64,000 nt of DNA from Octopus bimaculoides (Eukaryota): positions 52,886,718-52,950,717 of the forward strand of contig NC_068991.1 in assembly GCF_001194135.2 (NCBI RefSeq), written 5' to 3'. Numbering within the stretch: position 1 is the first letter of the stretch; every line of letters begins with the position of its first letter. The position numbers were made by a program, and so were the translations under genes. The notes below the pieces were generated by a model that saw only the letters and a program-made list of their open reading frames with translations, made no database searches and was not told the DNA's origin. Of the stretch, positions 23,531-36,650 are shown piece by piece.

Positions 23531-24659
23531 TGTGGGGAATCACTGTGTATAGGGATTGTTTTTATGTGGCACTAGCATTGGTGAGGTTGCCAAGTAAATT
23601 GCAACTGGAACGGTATAGTATTAAAGGAGATGATTTATGCCAGGAGATGAAAGGTTAAAGAATGACAGAGGAATGCAAAGTTGACACCACTGACATCAGC
23701 AGACATCTGCAGTTGAATATGACAGATGAATCAAACTAATCATTTTCACTGACTGACATATCTTTCCATGATAGAACTTCTTTCTATTCCCTTTTCTATT
23801 CATCTCGGTAACAGTTAGCCTTCTCTCTCTTCCAAGCATACACATATCATGTGCTCTTTCCTCACTTTTCATATAAAAGTTTAAAACACAGATGCTTTTA
23901 TCTTCAATTTTCATTTGTTAAATTTTATTTTGAGTCACCTTCTGTGAGAGCTTTTTAGTTCTTCTTCATCATGTTAGAGTCCACTTTTGCATTTTCTATA
24001 TTTGCACAGGTCAATTACAAAGGTAGGGCCCTTCCTGCCACCAACCTTCACCTATTTCCAAGCAAGGTAATATTTTCCCATGACCAGAAATTGGAAATGA
24101 ATGCAGAATATTGAAAATGAATGACACTGTTGGTGCAACAAGGAGACTCAAATCTCAATTATTGTGTAGTATGAAGACAAGGATACACACACACACACAC
24201 ACACACACACATGCATGCACGCGCATGTACGCACACACATTCACTCACACACGTATACACACATACACACACACATACATACACACATCACAGTCTTCTT
24301 TAATCTTCCATAAACCAAATCCACTCGCAAGGCTTTGTTCAACACTTCCTGCAATAGCTCCATATCTATTTCTCAATCATGACTGCTGCATTTCTTCTAT
24401 TCATAAAAAATACACATCATCTTGACACTCAAATTCTAATAATCCTTCATCCACTTTGGAACAGCCAATTCTCTAAAGAGCCAAAATTCAACTTATAGAC
24501 TGAATTTCCTCTTCACTTAAAAAATATATCAGCTCTAAACAGCTGCTAACACTTCAAATAAGTCCACTTCACACTGAAGTACTGCTTACATAAGACACCA
24601 AGACATTCTAAATTCCCTTAAACATTGTACATAGTAAATGTTTAAAGGAATTTAGTGAC

Positions 24660-25100
24660 ACATTAAAGAGTACTCAGTACACTCTATGGAGTGGTTGGCA
24701 TTAGGAAGGGCATCTAGTTGTAGAGATCAAGTGAAAACAGACGGGAGCCTGGTGCAGCTATCTGGTTTACCAGTTCCAGTCAAACCGTTTAACCCATACC
24801 ATGATCTTTGGAGAAAGTCAGAAGCAGACGGAAGAAAGAATTGAAAGCGTCTTTAATAAAAGCTGATGAGTTGAGGGGTTTTGTCTTGCAAGTTACTTGA
24901 TGACCTCACAAGTGCCAGTGCCAATGTAAAAAAAAAAAACATCCAATATACTCTGTGAAGTGACTGGTATTACAAAAAGCATTCGACCATAGAAACCATG
25001 ACAAAGACGACATCAACCATGATGCAGTTCTCTGGCCCAACAAATCCTGTTGAGCTGTCCAGCCCATGCCAGCATGGAAAGCATACATTATATGGTGATG
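24660..25100 (+). mobile_element. Family C repeats (two partial copies)
   Basis: GAGTGGTTGGCATTAGGAAGGGCATC and CCCATGCCAGCATGGAAA motifs. Confidence 0.65.
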
Positions 25101-25418
25101 ATAATGATGGTTGTGGTGGTTGTGGTGATGCTGCTGCAGATGATGATGGTGGGGATGGGGATGATGATGACAGTGGCGACACTGGTGCATGCTGGTGACA
25201 AAGTTTCCTTTCCATGTGTGTATCATAAGAATATTTGACCAGAATACCTGTCGAATATTTACTTTTTCATTATATTGAATGAATCAGATTTTTATTTCAT
25301 TATAGTTTCCTTAGACTAATGGATCCCATTTGAAGCAAGATCTCTAGTGAATCTAGTTCTCAGACCTTGCTAGTTCCAAAAGTTGTACACAATATCTAAC
25401 AAGTATTTGTCTTATTAA

Positions 25419-25630
25419 ACCCTGATAACTCTGTCAGATGTAATCCTTATTTATTCCTTTTGTTTTGAATTAATCATGCATTATCTCATAGCTACAAGAT
25501 TTTGATAATGTGATTGTTTATTTTTAGAATGACACTGCAGGGTAGGTTAGAAAGAGCAGATCTTGTTGGGTTTCAACATAACACAGACAGAATATTTGGG
25601 CCAGATATGGCCAGTTTAAATGTTAAAGGG
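25419..25630 (+). mobile_element. piggyBac-type MITE, second copy
   Basis: Ends AAATGTTAAAGGG followed by TTAA at 25631-34; body homologous to 15820-16039. Confidence 0.7.
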
Positions 25631-25849
25631 TTAAAAGCATAATGAGAATGATAGGTCATAAATGAGCTGATGGAGAGGGTTATAAGCTTTCATAATTCTG
25701 GATGTATGCCCATAAACAGGGATACGTTGAATAACTAACAAGAAAATTTAGCTCAGTGACAACACAGAAATATTTTTAAATATTCATTGTGGATCTTCAG
25801 TCCAGTCAGTCATAAATCCTAAATCTACCAATCAAATTTGTATTTCTAT

Positions 25850-26039
25850 CTTTTACCTTTTACCCTTTTACTTGTTACAGTCACTTGACTGGTCATGCTG
25901 GGGCACTGCCTTGAAGAATTTTAGTTTAACATGTTGAATCCTAGTATGTTTTATTTTTATGTCTGGTACTTACTCTATTCCATTTTTTTTTTCTGAACCA
26001 TTAAGTAGGAATATAAACAAACCAACACTGATTGTCAAG

Positions 26040-26093
<54 letters not shown>
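25850..26093 (-). mobile_element. SINE family B running into (GT)n and a gap
   Basis: TTTTACTTGTT.CAGTCA.TTGACT tail motif. Confidence 0.7.
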
Positions 26094-26224
26094 NNNNNNN
26101 NNNNNNNNNNNNNNNNNNNNNNNNNNNNNNNNNNNNNNNNNNNNNNNNNNNNNNNNNNNNNNNNNNNNNNNNNNNNNNNNNNNNNNNNNNNNNNNNNNNN
26201 NNNNNNNNNNNNNNNNTATATATA

Positions 26225-26748
26225 TATATATATATATATATCATCATCATCATCGTTTAATGTCCGCTTTCCATGCTAGCATGGGTTGGACGATTTGACT
26301 GAGGACTGGTGAAACCAGATGGCTACACCAGGCTCCAATCTGATTTGGCAGGGTTTCTACAGATATATATATATATATATATAACATGATTACACACACA
26401 GATATATTATCATCATCATCATCATTTAATGTCTGTTTTCCATGCTGGCAAGGGTTGGACTGTTTAACAGGAGCTGGCTAGGTAGATGACTGCACCAGCC
26501 ATCACTATCTGTTTCAGCAGGGTTTTTACAGCTGGTTGCCCTTCCTGACACCAACCACCTTACAGAGAGGACTGGATGCTTTTTACATGGCACCAACATT
26601 AGCAGGGTCACCAAGTCACTTATAACACAAAGATCCTTTGAGAGGGGGTGCATTGAAGGAGGTTGCTTTGTGCCAGGTGATGACAGGTTAGAGTGTAACA
26701 TTGGGACAGAAACAGGTGTTTTGCTGTAGAGGAGATAACAGAGTTACC

Positions 26749-26779
<31 letters not shown>

Positions 26780-26880
26780 ATCAAGAAGGAGAGAGTGGAA
26801 GAGAACAAGAAGATGAGAGTGCAAGACAGAGTGAGAGAGATGGTGACGAAGTGTCAGGGCATACCCTCAAGGTATGGAGA
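26225..26880 (-). mobile_element. Two family C repeats; the first (26240-26360) is young and retains CpG
   Basis: CATCATCATCGTTTAATGTCCGCTTTCCATGCTAGCATGGGTTGGACG, with a second copy from 26410. Confidence 0.75.
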
Positions 26881-27189
26881 TGAAAATATAAATGCGATGG
26901 TAGAGTATTGCCAAGAATACATGAAAAGGGAGTAGGACTTCACATGAATGCAAAGAGCAGAAGTGGGTGGGATGCAGTGACTGGTGAAACCTGAATATAT
27001 AGAGGAGGTGGAGGACAACAGGATAACAATGATACAGTGAGCAGGGCGGTGAGAACAGGATTGGAAAGCAGGAGATAAGCATAAGCATAGTGCATGAAAA
27101 TGAGAAAATGTGAGGAACAGAAGAGGAGATGTAGTTTGGTTTGTTGGGGTAGGGTGTATGAAAAAATTTATTATTACATATGGGTGGAA

Positions 27190-27590
27190 CACCCAGTTTC
27201 AGGTCTTTTCAAGATCCTCATATTGCCATTGGTCCATTGTCATCTCCATGAAGTCCAACATCCTGAGATCGGTCATCACTATTTCATCCCATGTCTTCCT
27301 AGGTCTCCCTTGTCTACTAGTGCCATCCACTTTAAGCAATCAGCACTTCTTAAAACTGTCTTCATTCATATGATTCACATGTCCAAACCAATGTAGTCTT
27401 CTCCATTGCTGCATTCAGAGCCCATGTCTCATTACCATGGAGTATAGCCATTCATACACAAACATCATACAATTTGCCTTTCACTCAGAGTCATTTTGTT
27501 GCCAAAAGAAGTAATAGTCCTCTGAACTTTCTCCATCTTATTCTTATTCTAGCAATAATATTTTCAGAACATCCTCCACCACTGCTGGCT
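27190..27590 (-). mobile_element. RTE LINE C-terminal fragment
   Basis: Minus-strand LKVDGTSRQGRPRKTWDEIV. Confidence 0.7.
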
Positions 27591-27923
27591 GATTGGCAGA
27601 CTGGATAGATGGAAGGCTGGATGGATGGATGGACGAATGTATAGTTTCCATCTACCAAATTCATTCACAAGACATTAGTTGTCCCATGTCTACTGTAGAA
27701 GATAACATGCCCAAGGTGCTGCACAGTGGGATTGAACCTGACAGTACATGACTGCAATGTAAGCTTTTTAACTATACAGCTATAACTGTGCTTATTAAGG
27801 ACATAAGAAACAAAGCAGATATCAATTGTTTTAAATAGCAAATATTTTGGTTTCTACACTAATTAGATTGGTTTAGAAAGTGAGACAATAAGTCAAGAAT
27901 TACAAAAGTTTATGATTGATTAC

Positions 27924-28042
27924 CTTGAAAATTTCTTCCAATGTACTTTTGGTAAACTTGTATTGATTAACTGTATTCATCTGTAACAGGTGGTTTATAG
28001 CTTCTTTTTGTAGACTGCGTTGATAACGGAATAACTTTTGAT
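27924..28042 (-). CDS. CCDC134: CCDC134 coding exon 2: (Y)QKLFRYQRSLQKEAINHLLQMNTVNQYKFTKSTLEEIFK
   Basis: Acceptor TGATTAAATAG, donor AAG|GTAATC, 119 nt, phase 1-0. Aligns with human [41 protein letters not shown]. Confidence 0.93.
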
Positions 28043-29664
28043 CTATTTAATCATTAAGGAATAATTTTGAAACAACATCACCAAAATGAAAAAAAAAAAA
28101 GGATTTTCACAATATTTACAATCAAAACTGTGTTGACAAGAATAGAAAATGATCTGTTAGCAAGAATCAGAATAACAAAAACCTGAAGAAATAAGTCTAT
28201 GCCAACACATACACACAGACATACGTATACACATGACAGGTAAAGGCATGGCTCCATAATTGAGAAGTTGCATTGAAACCATGTTGTTTCAGGCACAGTC
28301 CCCACTTATGCAAGTTTCATCCACTATATCAGTAGGCCAACCAATGCTTTGTGAGAGGATTGGATAGACAGGAATTGCTTCCCATTCTGACATTTTTTTG
28401 TATGTTGGACAACATGCTCCGCTTCATAGACCACAGCTTCTGTGTGGAATTGATCATTCATTGAGCACTTAAGAATCAAAAAGAGGTGCAATGTTATAAC
28501 AATAAACAGCTATATCTATAAGCGGTACAAAATCAAAAGGAAGTTACTACAACAGTCTTGATCATACCTGTATGGAAGTAGACAGTGCAAGCTTTCTTTG
28601 GCAGAAGGTGAGTCATTCTAAAAAATTCATTCAACCTGAACACTCCCAAAAAGCAAAATTTTGGATACTGCCCTCATGAATGGAAATATGTTTCGGTAAT
28701 GTGATCATGTCCTTTTTTGGACTAGAAACCAACATATACACATAAACACAGCTTACACACTTCAGTCAAAGTGAAAACCAAACCATGAGAAACAACTCTT
28801 CTTTTTCACCCAGAAAAATGTTTAAAATTCTTTTCACTATGTTCCATTTCTTTTTACCAACACTGAGCCACTCATTAGAAGCTATGTACTTCCATCCAGT
28901 ATGTTTGAAGTCATCAAGATTGCTTTATTACAATAGTTAGTGCAAAATCAACAGGAAAATTCTGAGCAGTTATATATCATATAGATAGCAAAGTAAAAAG
29001 GTTAGTTCATTCCCGAGTCATATAGACTCATAGAGCTGGTTTCCTGGTTTCCATGGCATATATATTCCCCACATGAACAGGATGCCAGCCTGTTGCAGAA
29101 ATACTCGTTTTTGCCAGCTGAGTGGTCTGGAGCAATGTGAAATGAAGTGTTTTGCTTAAGAACACAACGCATTGCCTGGTCCAGATTTTAAATGACAATA
29201 ATGAAGATACAGAGTGAGTCAAGGGTCAAGAGTTTACATTTAATTTATGCAGATCACCTTGATCATGTGTTCTACAGTTTTTGGACATGTTGAGGTCCCT
29301 TGGTTACTGGAGATAAGGTCAGACAATTGTCAGGCTGACAAAGACTATTGAGGCTGAATGTCCTCTTATCTCCAGACAATAAGCCTGTCCTTTTCCTTAA
29401 TGACATGTCAACCTTGGAGAATTTTTGTTTCTTTTGATTATCTTCCCTCCTCAAGTGGAGCTGACCTTAACTGCCATTTGGCAATTATGACACACCCTCT
29501 AGATGTGGAGATGATTTCAAGAAATAAAGAATATGCTGTACAGTATTTGATATATCTGTATCTATCTACATTGTTTGAATACATGCCACTGGCTACCCTG
29601 AATTATTTCTCTTAGCTCATATGCATTTAATACACATATATGCACACAAACATATATACATACA

Positions 29665-30460
29665 TAGCATGAGGTGTTCAGGATTGCAGTGTATCAGAGA
29701 GAATAGAAATGTTGTGGGTGAGAAATATGTCTGTATGGATAATGGCATACTTACACTTCGCAATTCAGAGAAGGAAGATGCTTGGCAGTGCCACTATGAA
29801 AGGTCGCTAAATGTGGAGAACGCATAGGAGAAGGAGAGAATCTTTGAAATATAGAACCAACTGAGAGACCAACTATCAGAGTTGACAGCAGTATAATAAA
29901 TAAGGCAATTCAAAATATAATGACAGGGAAATCTCCTGGACCATCAGGAATCACTGCGGAGTAGGATACCAATGTGACCTAACCAGTAGGAAGGGTGTCT
30001 GTCCTCAATGTGTGGTAGCCATAATAAGAGCAGATTGAAAAAAGTTCAGGGAGCCATTACCTATCCTAGCAGCAAAGAGCTTCTCTTTCAAAGTCATGAG
30101 CAGACTGCATGATGCTTATGCATGAAGTGTACTGCTGCATAGTAGTGAGATGCAGGCTTTAAATATGAAGGTCCAATGAAGACTAGAAAAAAATGAGGTA
30201 GCATGCTTTGCTGGATATAGCACAGGAATGACAAGGTATAAATGAACTGAGACAAAATGATTATAAGGGGAATCAGATGTATTGTGTAAGAAAGGAGACT
30301 GAGATGATATCAATATGTGATGCAAAGGGAGGATGGCAGATGCACAAGAGTGCCAAGCACTTAATGTGAATAGTACATGTGGAAGAAGGAAACTGGGGAT
30401 ACTTTACAATAATGTGGTGAAAAATGATCTCAAAATACTAAACCTGATGAAGAGGACAGG
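29665..30460 (+). mobile_element. RTE LINE fragment, internally deleted; same family as 7390-8075
   Basis: EKEDAWQCHYERSLNVENA and TGKSPGPSGITAE, then a jump to C-terminal motifs. Confidence 0.8.
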
Positions 30461-31049
30461 GGCTGTATCAGCAGGCAAACACAGTGCTGCAGAAGACATA
30501 AACCCTTGTGCAAGCTAGGCAAAACGCTGATTAGAATAGTGGGTAGTGAGTGTACAACCACTTACCTATCCCCTTGCATCTCTCCATCTCTTCTCCTACC
30601 CACTGCATACTATGCCCACCATCACTGACAGAAAAACAATCTGTGCAGACTGAATATCCCCTTCCTTTGTTCTTCAGAACCACTCAAGCAAATCTTTACC
30701 TACCCTTCCTAATTTATCTGTCATCATACTTTCTTTTTCTTTACATTTTTGGGCTGTTCCTTGAGGATATGCTCTGGTCTCATCATTGTCATGTCTCTTT
30801 TCTACAACACTTTATCCACCCACATATAATTTATAGTAGCACTGAATCACCTGCTGCTCAAACCACTCTACCAGCCTCTTCACTCTGTGACTATCTCATT
30901 CTACTCTTTTCTTTTCCCTAACACTGTCAGTCTAGTATCTACCTTCTCAAAGCACTAAACCCATTCCTCCCATCACACATTAACTTTTCAAGACCTCACC
31001 AAATGTCACCACTCTCTCTCCTATTCTCCTCCTCTCTTGTGAGGTAGAT

Positions 31050-31700
31050 AATAAGGAAGCTCCACAAGCGCTGGTGCATGTTAAAGACATGGTCTTCCAA
31101 TCCATCAGATCCTACTGAACTGTTCATGTGTGTGTTCCACATCCTGAGCTGGCTGATGATCAAAAGGACCAATTTTATAAGGTCCTTTTGCAGTCTACCT
31201 CAATGATGAATGATAGTAATGTTCTTATTGTGGCTCATGACTTCAACAGACACATTAAGCATCACTCCAATGGATTTCATGGTGTATATTGAGGTTACAG
31301 CTTTAGCTCAAGAAATGAGAAGGGAGTAAGGCTACTGGTGTTCTGTGATGTGAATGATTTGATAATCTGCAACATTAATTTCAAGAAACCAACCAGCCAC
31401 CTAATCATCTACCAATCTAGTAGGCACACAAGCCAGATTGGCTACATTCTCACAAGAAATCAGGATAGACAGACACTTGTAAATGCAAAGTCTTCTCCAA
31501 GTGAAGAATGTACATGACATAAGTTAGAGGTTAGTGACTTCAGACTTAGAGCTGGAACAACTCAGAAAAACAAGCCAGTAGCCAGTCTGGAAAAGAAAAA
31601 TATAAAAACCTGAAGACCCAGCAAATTGAGAAATTTAGAGACATTCTAATTTAAGCTTTTAGCAAAAAGGAGGAGTTAGAGGTGTATAGCAGACAACTGT
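31050..31700 (+). mobile_element. RTE LINE AP-endonuclease fragment
   Basis: AHDFNRHI...GYSFSSRNEKGVRLLVFCDVNDLIICNINFKKPTSHLIIYQSSRHTSQIGYILTR. Confidence 0.8.
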
Positions 31701-31747
31701 GTAAAAAGGTAACCTGCATGAAACATGTGCAAAGGAGATATATATAT

Positions 31748-31920
31748 AGGCACAAGGCCTGAAATTTAGGGAAGGGGATTATCAATTACATCAACCCCAG
31801 TACACAGCTGGTACTTATTTTATCGACCTTGGCAGCATTTGAACTCAGAATGTGAAGACAGATGAAATGCCACTAAGCATTTCACCTGGCATGCTAACAA
31901 TTCTGCTAGATTGCCACCTT
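31748..31920 (-). mobile_element. SINE family A, reverse orientation
   Basis: CTGGTACTTATTTTATCGACC. Confidence 0.75.
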
Positions 31921-32037
31921 AAAATACACAGTAATAATACAAGGGTAATGGATGTCGAAATTATGTGAAAACTAAGTTAGATACGATCCTTTGGTTATGT
32001 TAACTTAAAAGGTAGAGCAAATGTCAGCATAAAAGAT

Positions 32038-32365
32038 ACATGGAGGTGCAAAGCGTAGTGGTTTGGATATTCAGCCCATGACATTAAGGTTGTGAGTTCG
32101 ATTCCCAGCAGAGCACTGTATCTTTGAGCAAGGTACTTTATTTCATGTTGCTCCAGTCCACTTAGCTGGCGAAAATATGTAGTAAGTGCCTGTATTTCAA
32201 AGGGCCAGCCATGTCATATTCTGTGTCATACTGAATCTCCCTAAGAACTATGTTAAGGGCATGCATGTTTGTAGAGTGCTCAGCCCACATGCATGTTAAT
32301 TTCATGAGCAGGCCGTTCAGTTGATCGGATCAACTGACATCCTTGTTGTCATAACCAACAGAGTA
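32038..32365 (+). mobile_element. tRNA-headed SINE family D
   Basis: B-box GTTCGATTCC at 32096-32105; body homologous to 53705-54066 and 55225-55545. Confidence 0.8.
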
Positions 32366-32582
32366 CCCATATCAAAGATACATTCACTATGAACATTTGA
32401 AGTTAATAGCAATTAATGGAAAGTATCCGTAGCAGATGAGGTGGGGGGATCCAAATAGGGTCAATTTCAGATGCTGGTCTTTTCTTATGAGACGCTGCAA
32501 CAAGACCAACACATGTGGTCACATAAGACAATCATCCAACCTTTGATAGAACAAGAGAACGGATGTTAATATATTGATGATA

Positions 32583-33005
32583 GTAAGGGGGAGAATTGGC
32601 AGATTCATTAACATGCAGGACAAAATGCTTAGTGGTATTTCATCCATCTTAACGTTCTGAGTTCAAAAGCTGCCAAGTTCAACTTGCCTTTCATCTTTTT
32701 GGGGTCGATAAAATAAGTACCAATTGAGTACTGACTTATCCCTCACCCCGACATCGCTGGCCTTCTGCCAAAATTTGGAACCAATATATTGATGATAGTA
32801 AGGCAGTGAGCTTGCAGAATTATTACCACACTGGACAAAATGCTTAGCGGCATTTTGTCCACCTTCACATTCTGAATTCAAATTCTGCTGAGATCTACTT
32901 TGCCTTTCATCCTTTCAAGGTCGATAAAATAAGTACTAGTGGATATAATCAGTTGAATCCTTCTTCCCAAAACTGTAGGTCTTCTGCCAAAATTTGAAAC
33001 CAACA
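32583..33005 (+). mobile_element. Head-to-tail pair of SINE family A
   Basis: Copies at about 32583-32790 and 32796-33005. Confidence 0.8.
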
Positions 33006-33084
33006 TATTGATGATAGTCATAATTAAATTAACAATTAAGGACAATAAGTCAATATATCTAAAATCTAGGTTTAAGATACACTA

Positions 33085-33370
33085 AATATCTTTTACTCGT
33101 TTCAATAACTGAACAGCAGCCTGGCTGTACTCGAACAAATCGAGCCTAATATGTATTTTTTGTTTGTTTTTTAAAGTCTGGTACTTATTTTATCGGTCAA
33201 TTTTCGATGAAGTGCTAAGTTACGAGAATATAAACAAACCGACGTCGGTTTGTGGGAGACGAACATAAAGACACACACATGCATGACAGGATTCCTCAGT
33301 TTCCGTCTACGAAATTCACTCACTACACATTGGTCACTCCAGGGTTATAGGAGACGCTTGCCCACGGTGC
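33085..33370 (-). mobile_element. SINE family B, CpG-retaining
   Basis: CTCAGTTTCCGTCTAC.AAATTCACTCAC...GACGCTTGCCCACGGTGCCG. Confidence 0.7.
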
Positions 33371-34291
33371 CGTGCAGAGAGAGAGAGTAAGAGAGAGAGA
33401 GTGTGAGAGAGAGAGTGTGAGAGAGAGAGAGAGAGAGAGAGTGCCACTTACACATACATGCAAAAAAATATATACATGACAACACACTTTCACTCTCTCT
33501 TTCAGCCACTCACGTCCATTTCATAAACACGTACATACATTTTTCACTTTCTCGAAGAGTAAAGAAATAAAAAATTTTACGGAAATTAACGAACAAGATC
33601 ATATGTGATTGATAAGTTTGTTGCTAGTAACGAAGGAATACCATAAATAATACTAAACGAAATAACACAAGTGATTGCTTAACACAGCAGAGAGACTAAG
33701 ACAAAATAGAACGGAAGAAGCCTCATACAGGTCTTTCTAATTTTTAGAAATAGCAGCCAATTTCTCTCCAATTATACTTTCCAGTGTGAACGTAGATAAA
33801 CTTACGGATCACCGTCCTTATACACTTAAAAAGCCATTATGGTCATAGCAGAAATACATTTACTCATCGGTTGACTCGATCAGGGTTAGTTTGAGGCTAA
33901 ACAACATCAAAGATAAGAGAAACATTATATTTATATATAAACCGGTAAGATAAACGAAGCGAATTAACCGAATAAAATTATTTGTGAACTCGGATAACAA
34001 AGTTAATGATTTCATATTAGATATAATCAGAATTTATCCCATTACGTGTTACTAATTTCTAATAAGAACATAAAATATTGCCGAGCACATTTCAATAACA
34101 TCCCTGGTGTTTATTTATCTCGTAAAGCAATGTTTTTTTTCCAGGCGGCATTTAAATTGCGAAGGGGGACATAACTAAACATCACAACACGTTAACCGAC
34201 ACTTAACTATTTCTTCGTGACTTAACACGAAGCATGCTGCTTATAAACAAAATTCTGTTAAAAATTACACGAACTAAACATTCAAGGATAC

Positions 34292-34421
34292 AAGTAGCAA
34301 TATTTTTTTCTTCATTATTCTTGAAATCATCAGCGGAAGATCCTGAATCTTTAGCCTGTCCCAGTAAAATCATGTTTAGTAAAAGATACACATTATAAAA
34401 TATCCAGTTGTGTACCACCAT
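34292..34421 (-). CDS. CCDC134: CCDC134 coding exon 1: signal peptide MVVHNWIFYNVYLLLNMILLGQA plus KDSGSSADDFKNNEEKNIAT
   Basis: A hydrophobic leader followed by a phase-1 donor T|GTATCC that joins exon 2 to rebuild Tyr. An in-frame upstream ATG exists at 34448. Confidence 0.82.
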
Positions 34422-34435
34422 TGTCACTGTTTTCA

Positions 34436-34443
34436 CCGGAAGT
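34436..34443. promoter_or_regulatory. ETS/GABP-type motif CCGGAAGT at the putative CCDC134 promoter
   Basis: Exact consensus 15-22 nt upstream of the ATG, in CpG-retaining DNA. Function is inferred. Confidence 0.5.
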
Positions 34444-34514
34444 GGCATGGACTTCTATGAAACGTGTGCTTTTAAGAATCTCTCTCTCTCTCTTTATCTT
34501 TCTATCTATCTATC

Positions 34515-34905
34515 TGCCACATTCTTCCGGCTTTTCGTTCTGAGTTCAATCCTCACCGAGGTTACAGTTTCCTGTAATCCTTTCAGATTTGAAAAAATAA
34601 GTACCAGTCAAGTTCTGGAGTCGAGACGAACGACTATCTCCTCCCCTAAATTTCAGGCATGTGCCTATAGTAGAAAGCATTTTGAAAAAAAAGTGCGAGC
34701 TAGCAGAATCGTTACTACGTCTAATAAAATACTTAGAGGCATTTCGTTCGTCTTTATGTGCTGAGTTCAAATAACGCCGAGCTCGACTTTGCCTTCCATC
34801 CTTTCGAAATTGATAAAATAAGTACCAGTCGAGAACTGGGGTTGATGTATTCGAATTACGCCCTCCCCCAAAATAGCTGGCCTTGGTGCCAAAATTTGAA
34901 ACCAT
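34515..34905 (+). mobile_element. Head-to-tail pair of SINE family A, CpG-rich, directly upstream of CCDC134
   Basis: Copies at about 34515-34680 and 34690-34905. Confidence 0.8.
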
Positions 34906-35627
34906 TATTATCATTTCGTGGCCACCAAGAATAGATTAAAAAAAACAACTTCTGACGTTATGTAAACATCTAATCTTACAAGAATTAGTCTGTGACGATA
35001 TGACCAATGTATACTCCGTTTGTTGTTTTAGCCAGGCTCATTCCTGATGGAGGAAATTTTTTAGAATGCTGTCATCACCTGTCAGAACTGTCCCTCTAAT
35101 TTTATTCACAACTTTTCACAATTCCTTTACTCCTGTCTTCCGAAGCGAAACGTTTGTTTGCCTTACATCCTGTAGTAATCCAGCAACCTTTTTTATTAGT
35201 TAATAGATAAGAAATTTCTAAACGTCATCTTCCACAACAATACTGTGTTATGAATAAAGACAATTTGAATTGAATGTGACAAGCGTGTGTGGGAAAGACT
35301 TCGTTTTGTACCCCACTCCCATTAAATTTTTCTTTAATATTACACGTGGTAGGAAGTTAATTACCGACCATGTCTTATAATAATAATGATGAGAAAGTCA
35401 TAAAAATTCATTTCTATTTTAAAAAACTTCATTTCTGTATTATGTATATTCATGTCCCAATTTATCTAACGTTAAAGCCTACATTGCCTAACACTATGAA
35501 ATTTGCCGAACCTGGGGATATGAATATACGTAATACAGAAATGAAGTTTTTTTTAATAGAAATTCTTAATTTTTATGACTTTCTCATCATTATCATTATA
35601 AGATATGGTAGGAAATCAATTTTCCAC

Positions 35628-35765
35628 CATTCTTTTATTTGTTTCAGTCATTTGACTGTGGCCATGCTGGAGCACTGCCTTTAGTCGAACAAATCGACCC
35701 CCAGAACTTATTCTTTGTAAGCCTAGTACTTATTCTATCGGTTCCTTTTGCCGAACCGCTAATGT
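35628..35765 (-). mobile_element. SINE family B tail, young
   Basis: TTGTTTCAGTCATTTGACTGTGGCCATGCTGGAGCACTGCCTTTAGTCGAACAAATCGACCCC. Confidence 0.8.
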
Positions 35766-35790
35766 TTTATATATATATAGTCAATTTCAA

Positions 35791-36650
35791 CATGAAGAAG
35801 CAAGAAAAATCACGAAAAAACAACGCGAGGACGTGGAATAAGTACAGTGTTATTGGACGCTCAGGATAGGAAAGAAAAGAAAGAGGATTTAACGTTTCGA
35901 TCGGAGATCTTCGTCAGAAATATAGGGAAAGAAAATCACAAACGATGCACAGACGGTCACATATTGGAACGACTGGAAAGGAAAGGGTGGAGAAAAAGTT
36001 CTTTTCAAAGACAGGAGAGTGCAAGAGAAGGAGGTGTGTGTGTATGTAGTTGTGGCTGCTTATGTATGTGTGTGGTTGAACATAATATCGTTAAGGTCAT
36101 GGCTGTCTGTTGTGTGTCTACCTACACATGTGCGTAGGAGAATGGTCAGTAGAAAGGTATTGGTAGTTTGAAGTATGTGTTTTGTTTCCAGTGCGCGTGT
36201 GTATGTATGTGTGTGTACGTGTGGGTATGTATGGATGTGTGTACGTGTGGGTTTGTGTGTGCGCGCGTGAGGTTGTGTCTGTGGAGTAATTATACTTTAC
36301 TTTGTGTGTGTGCTTGTACGTGCGTGTGTGTGTACATGTATGTATAATTGTGTGCGTCTATGTATGAGTGTGTGCTGTGTGTGTATGGGAGGTATGTGTG
36401 GGTTCATCTGCGTGGGTACATGTGTGTGTGGATTTGTGTGTTTGTGCATGTATGTGTGAACGAGGGGTTTGTATGGGTATAGGTGCGTTTTTTTGCGCGG
36501 GTGTGTATGCGTGTATGCGTGGGATTGTGAGTGTTATGTATGTGTGCGTTCATATGCGTGTGTGTGTATGTGTTGCGTATGTGTATGTGTGTGCATGCGT
36601 GTATGTATATATTGTGTGTATGTGGGGTGGGGTGGGGGTGATGAAATTTT
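35791..36650 (-). mobile_element. Solo Penelope-type terminal repeat, same family as 21480-22190
   Basis: AACAACGCGAGGACGTGGAATAAGTACAGTGTTATTGGA is shared with 21520-21560 and followed by a GT-rich compound tract. Confidence 0.8.
35887..35921 (-). ncRNA. Minimal hammerhead ribozyme motif with intact core
   Basis: ATTT-CTGACGA-A-GATC-TCC-GATC-GAAAC-GTT-AAAT: 4-bp stem I, 4-bp stem II and a palindromic ACGT stem III. Confidence 0.8.

Noticed and set aside
32038-32110. tRNA-like A/B boxes
   Set aside because: These are SINE heads continuous with repeat bodies and do not form a full cloverleaf, so they are not called tRNA genes.
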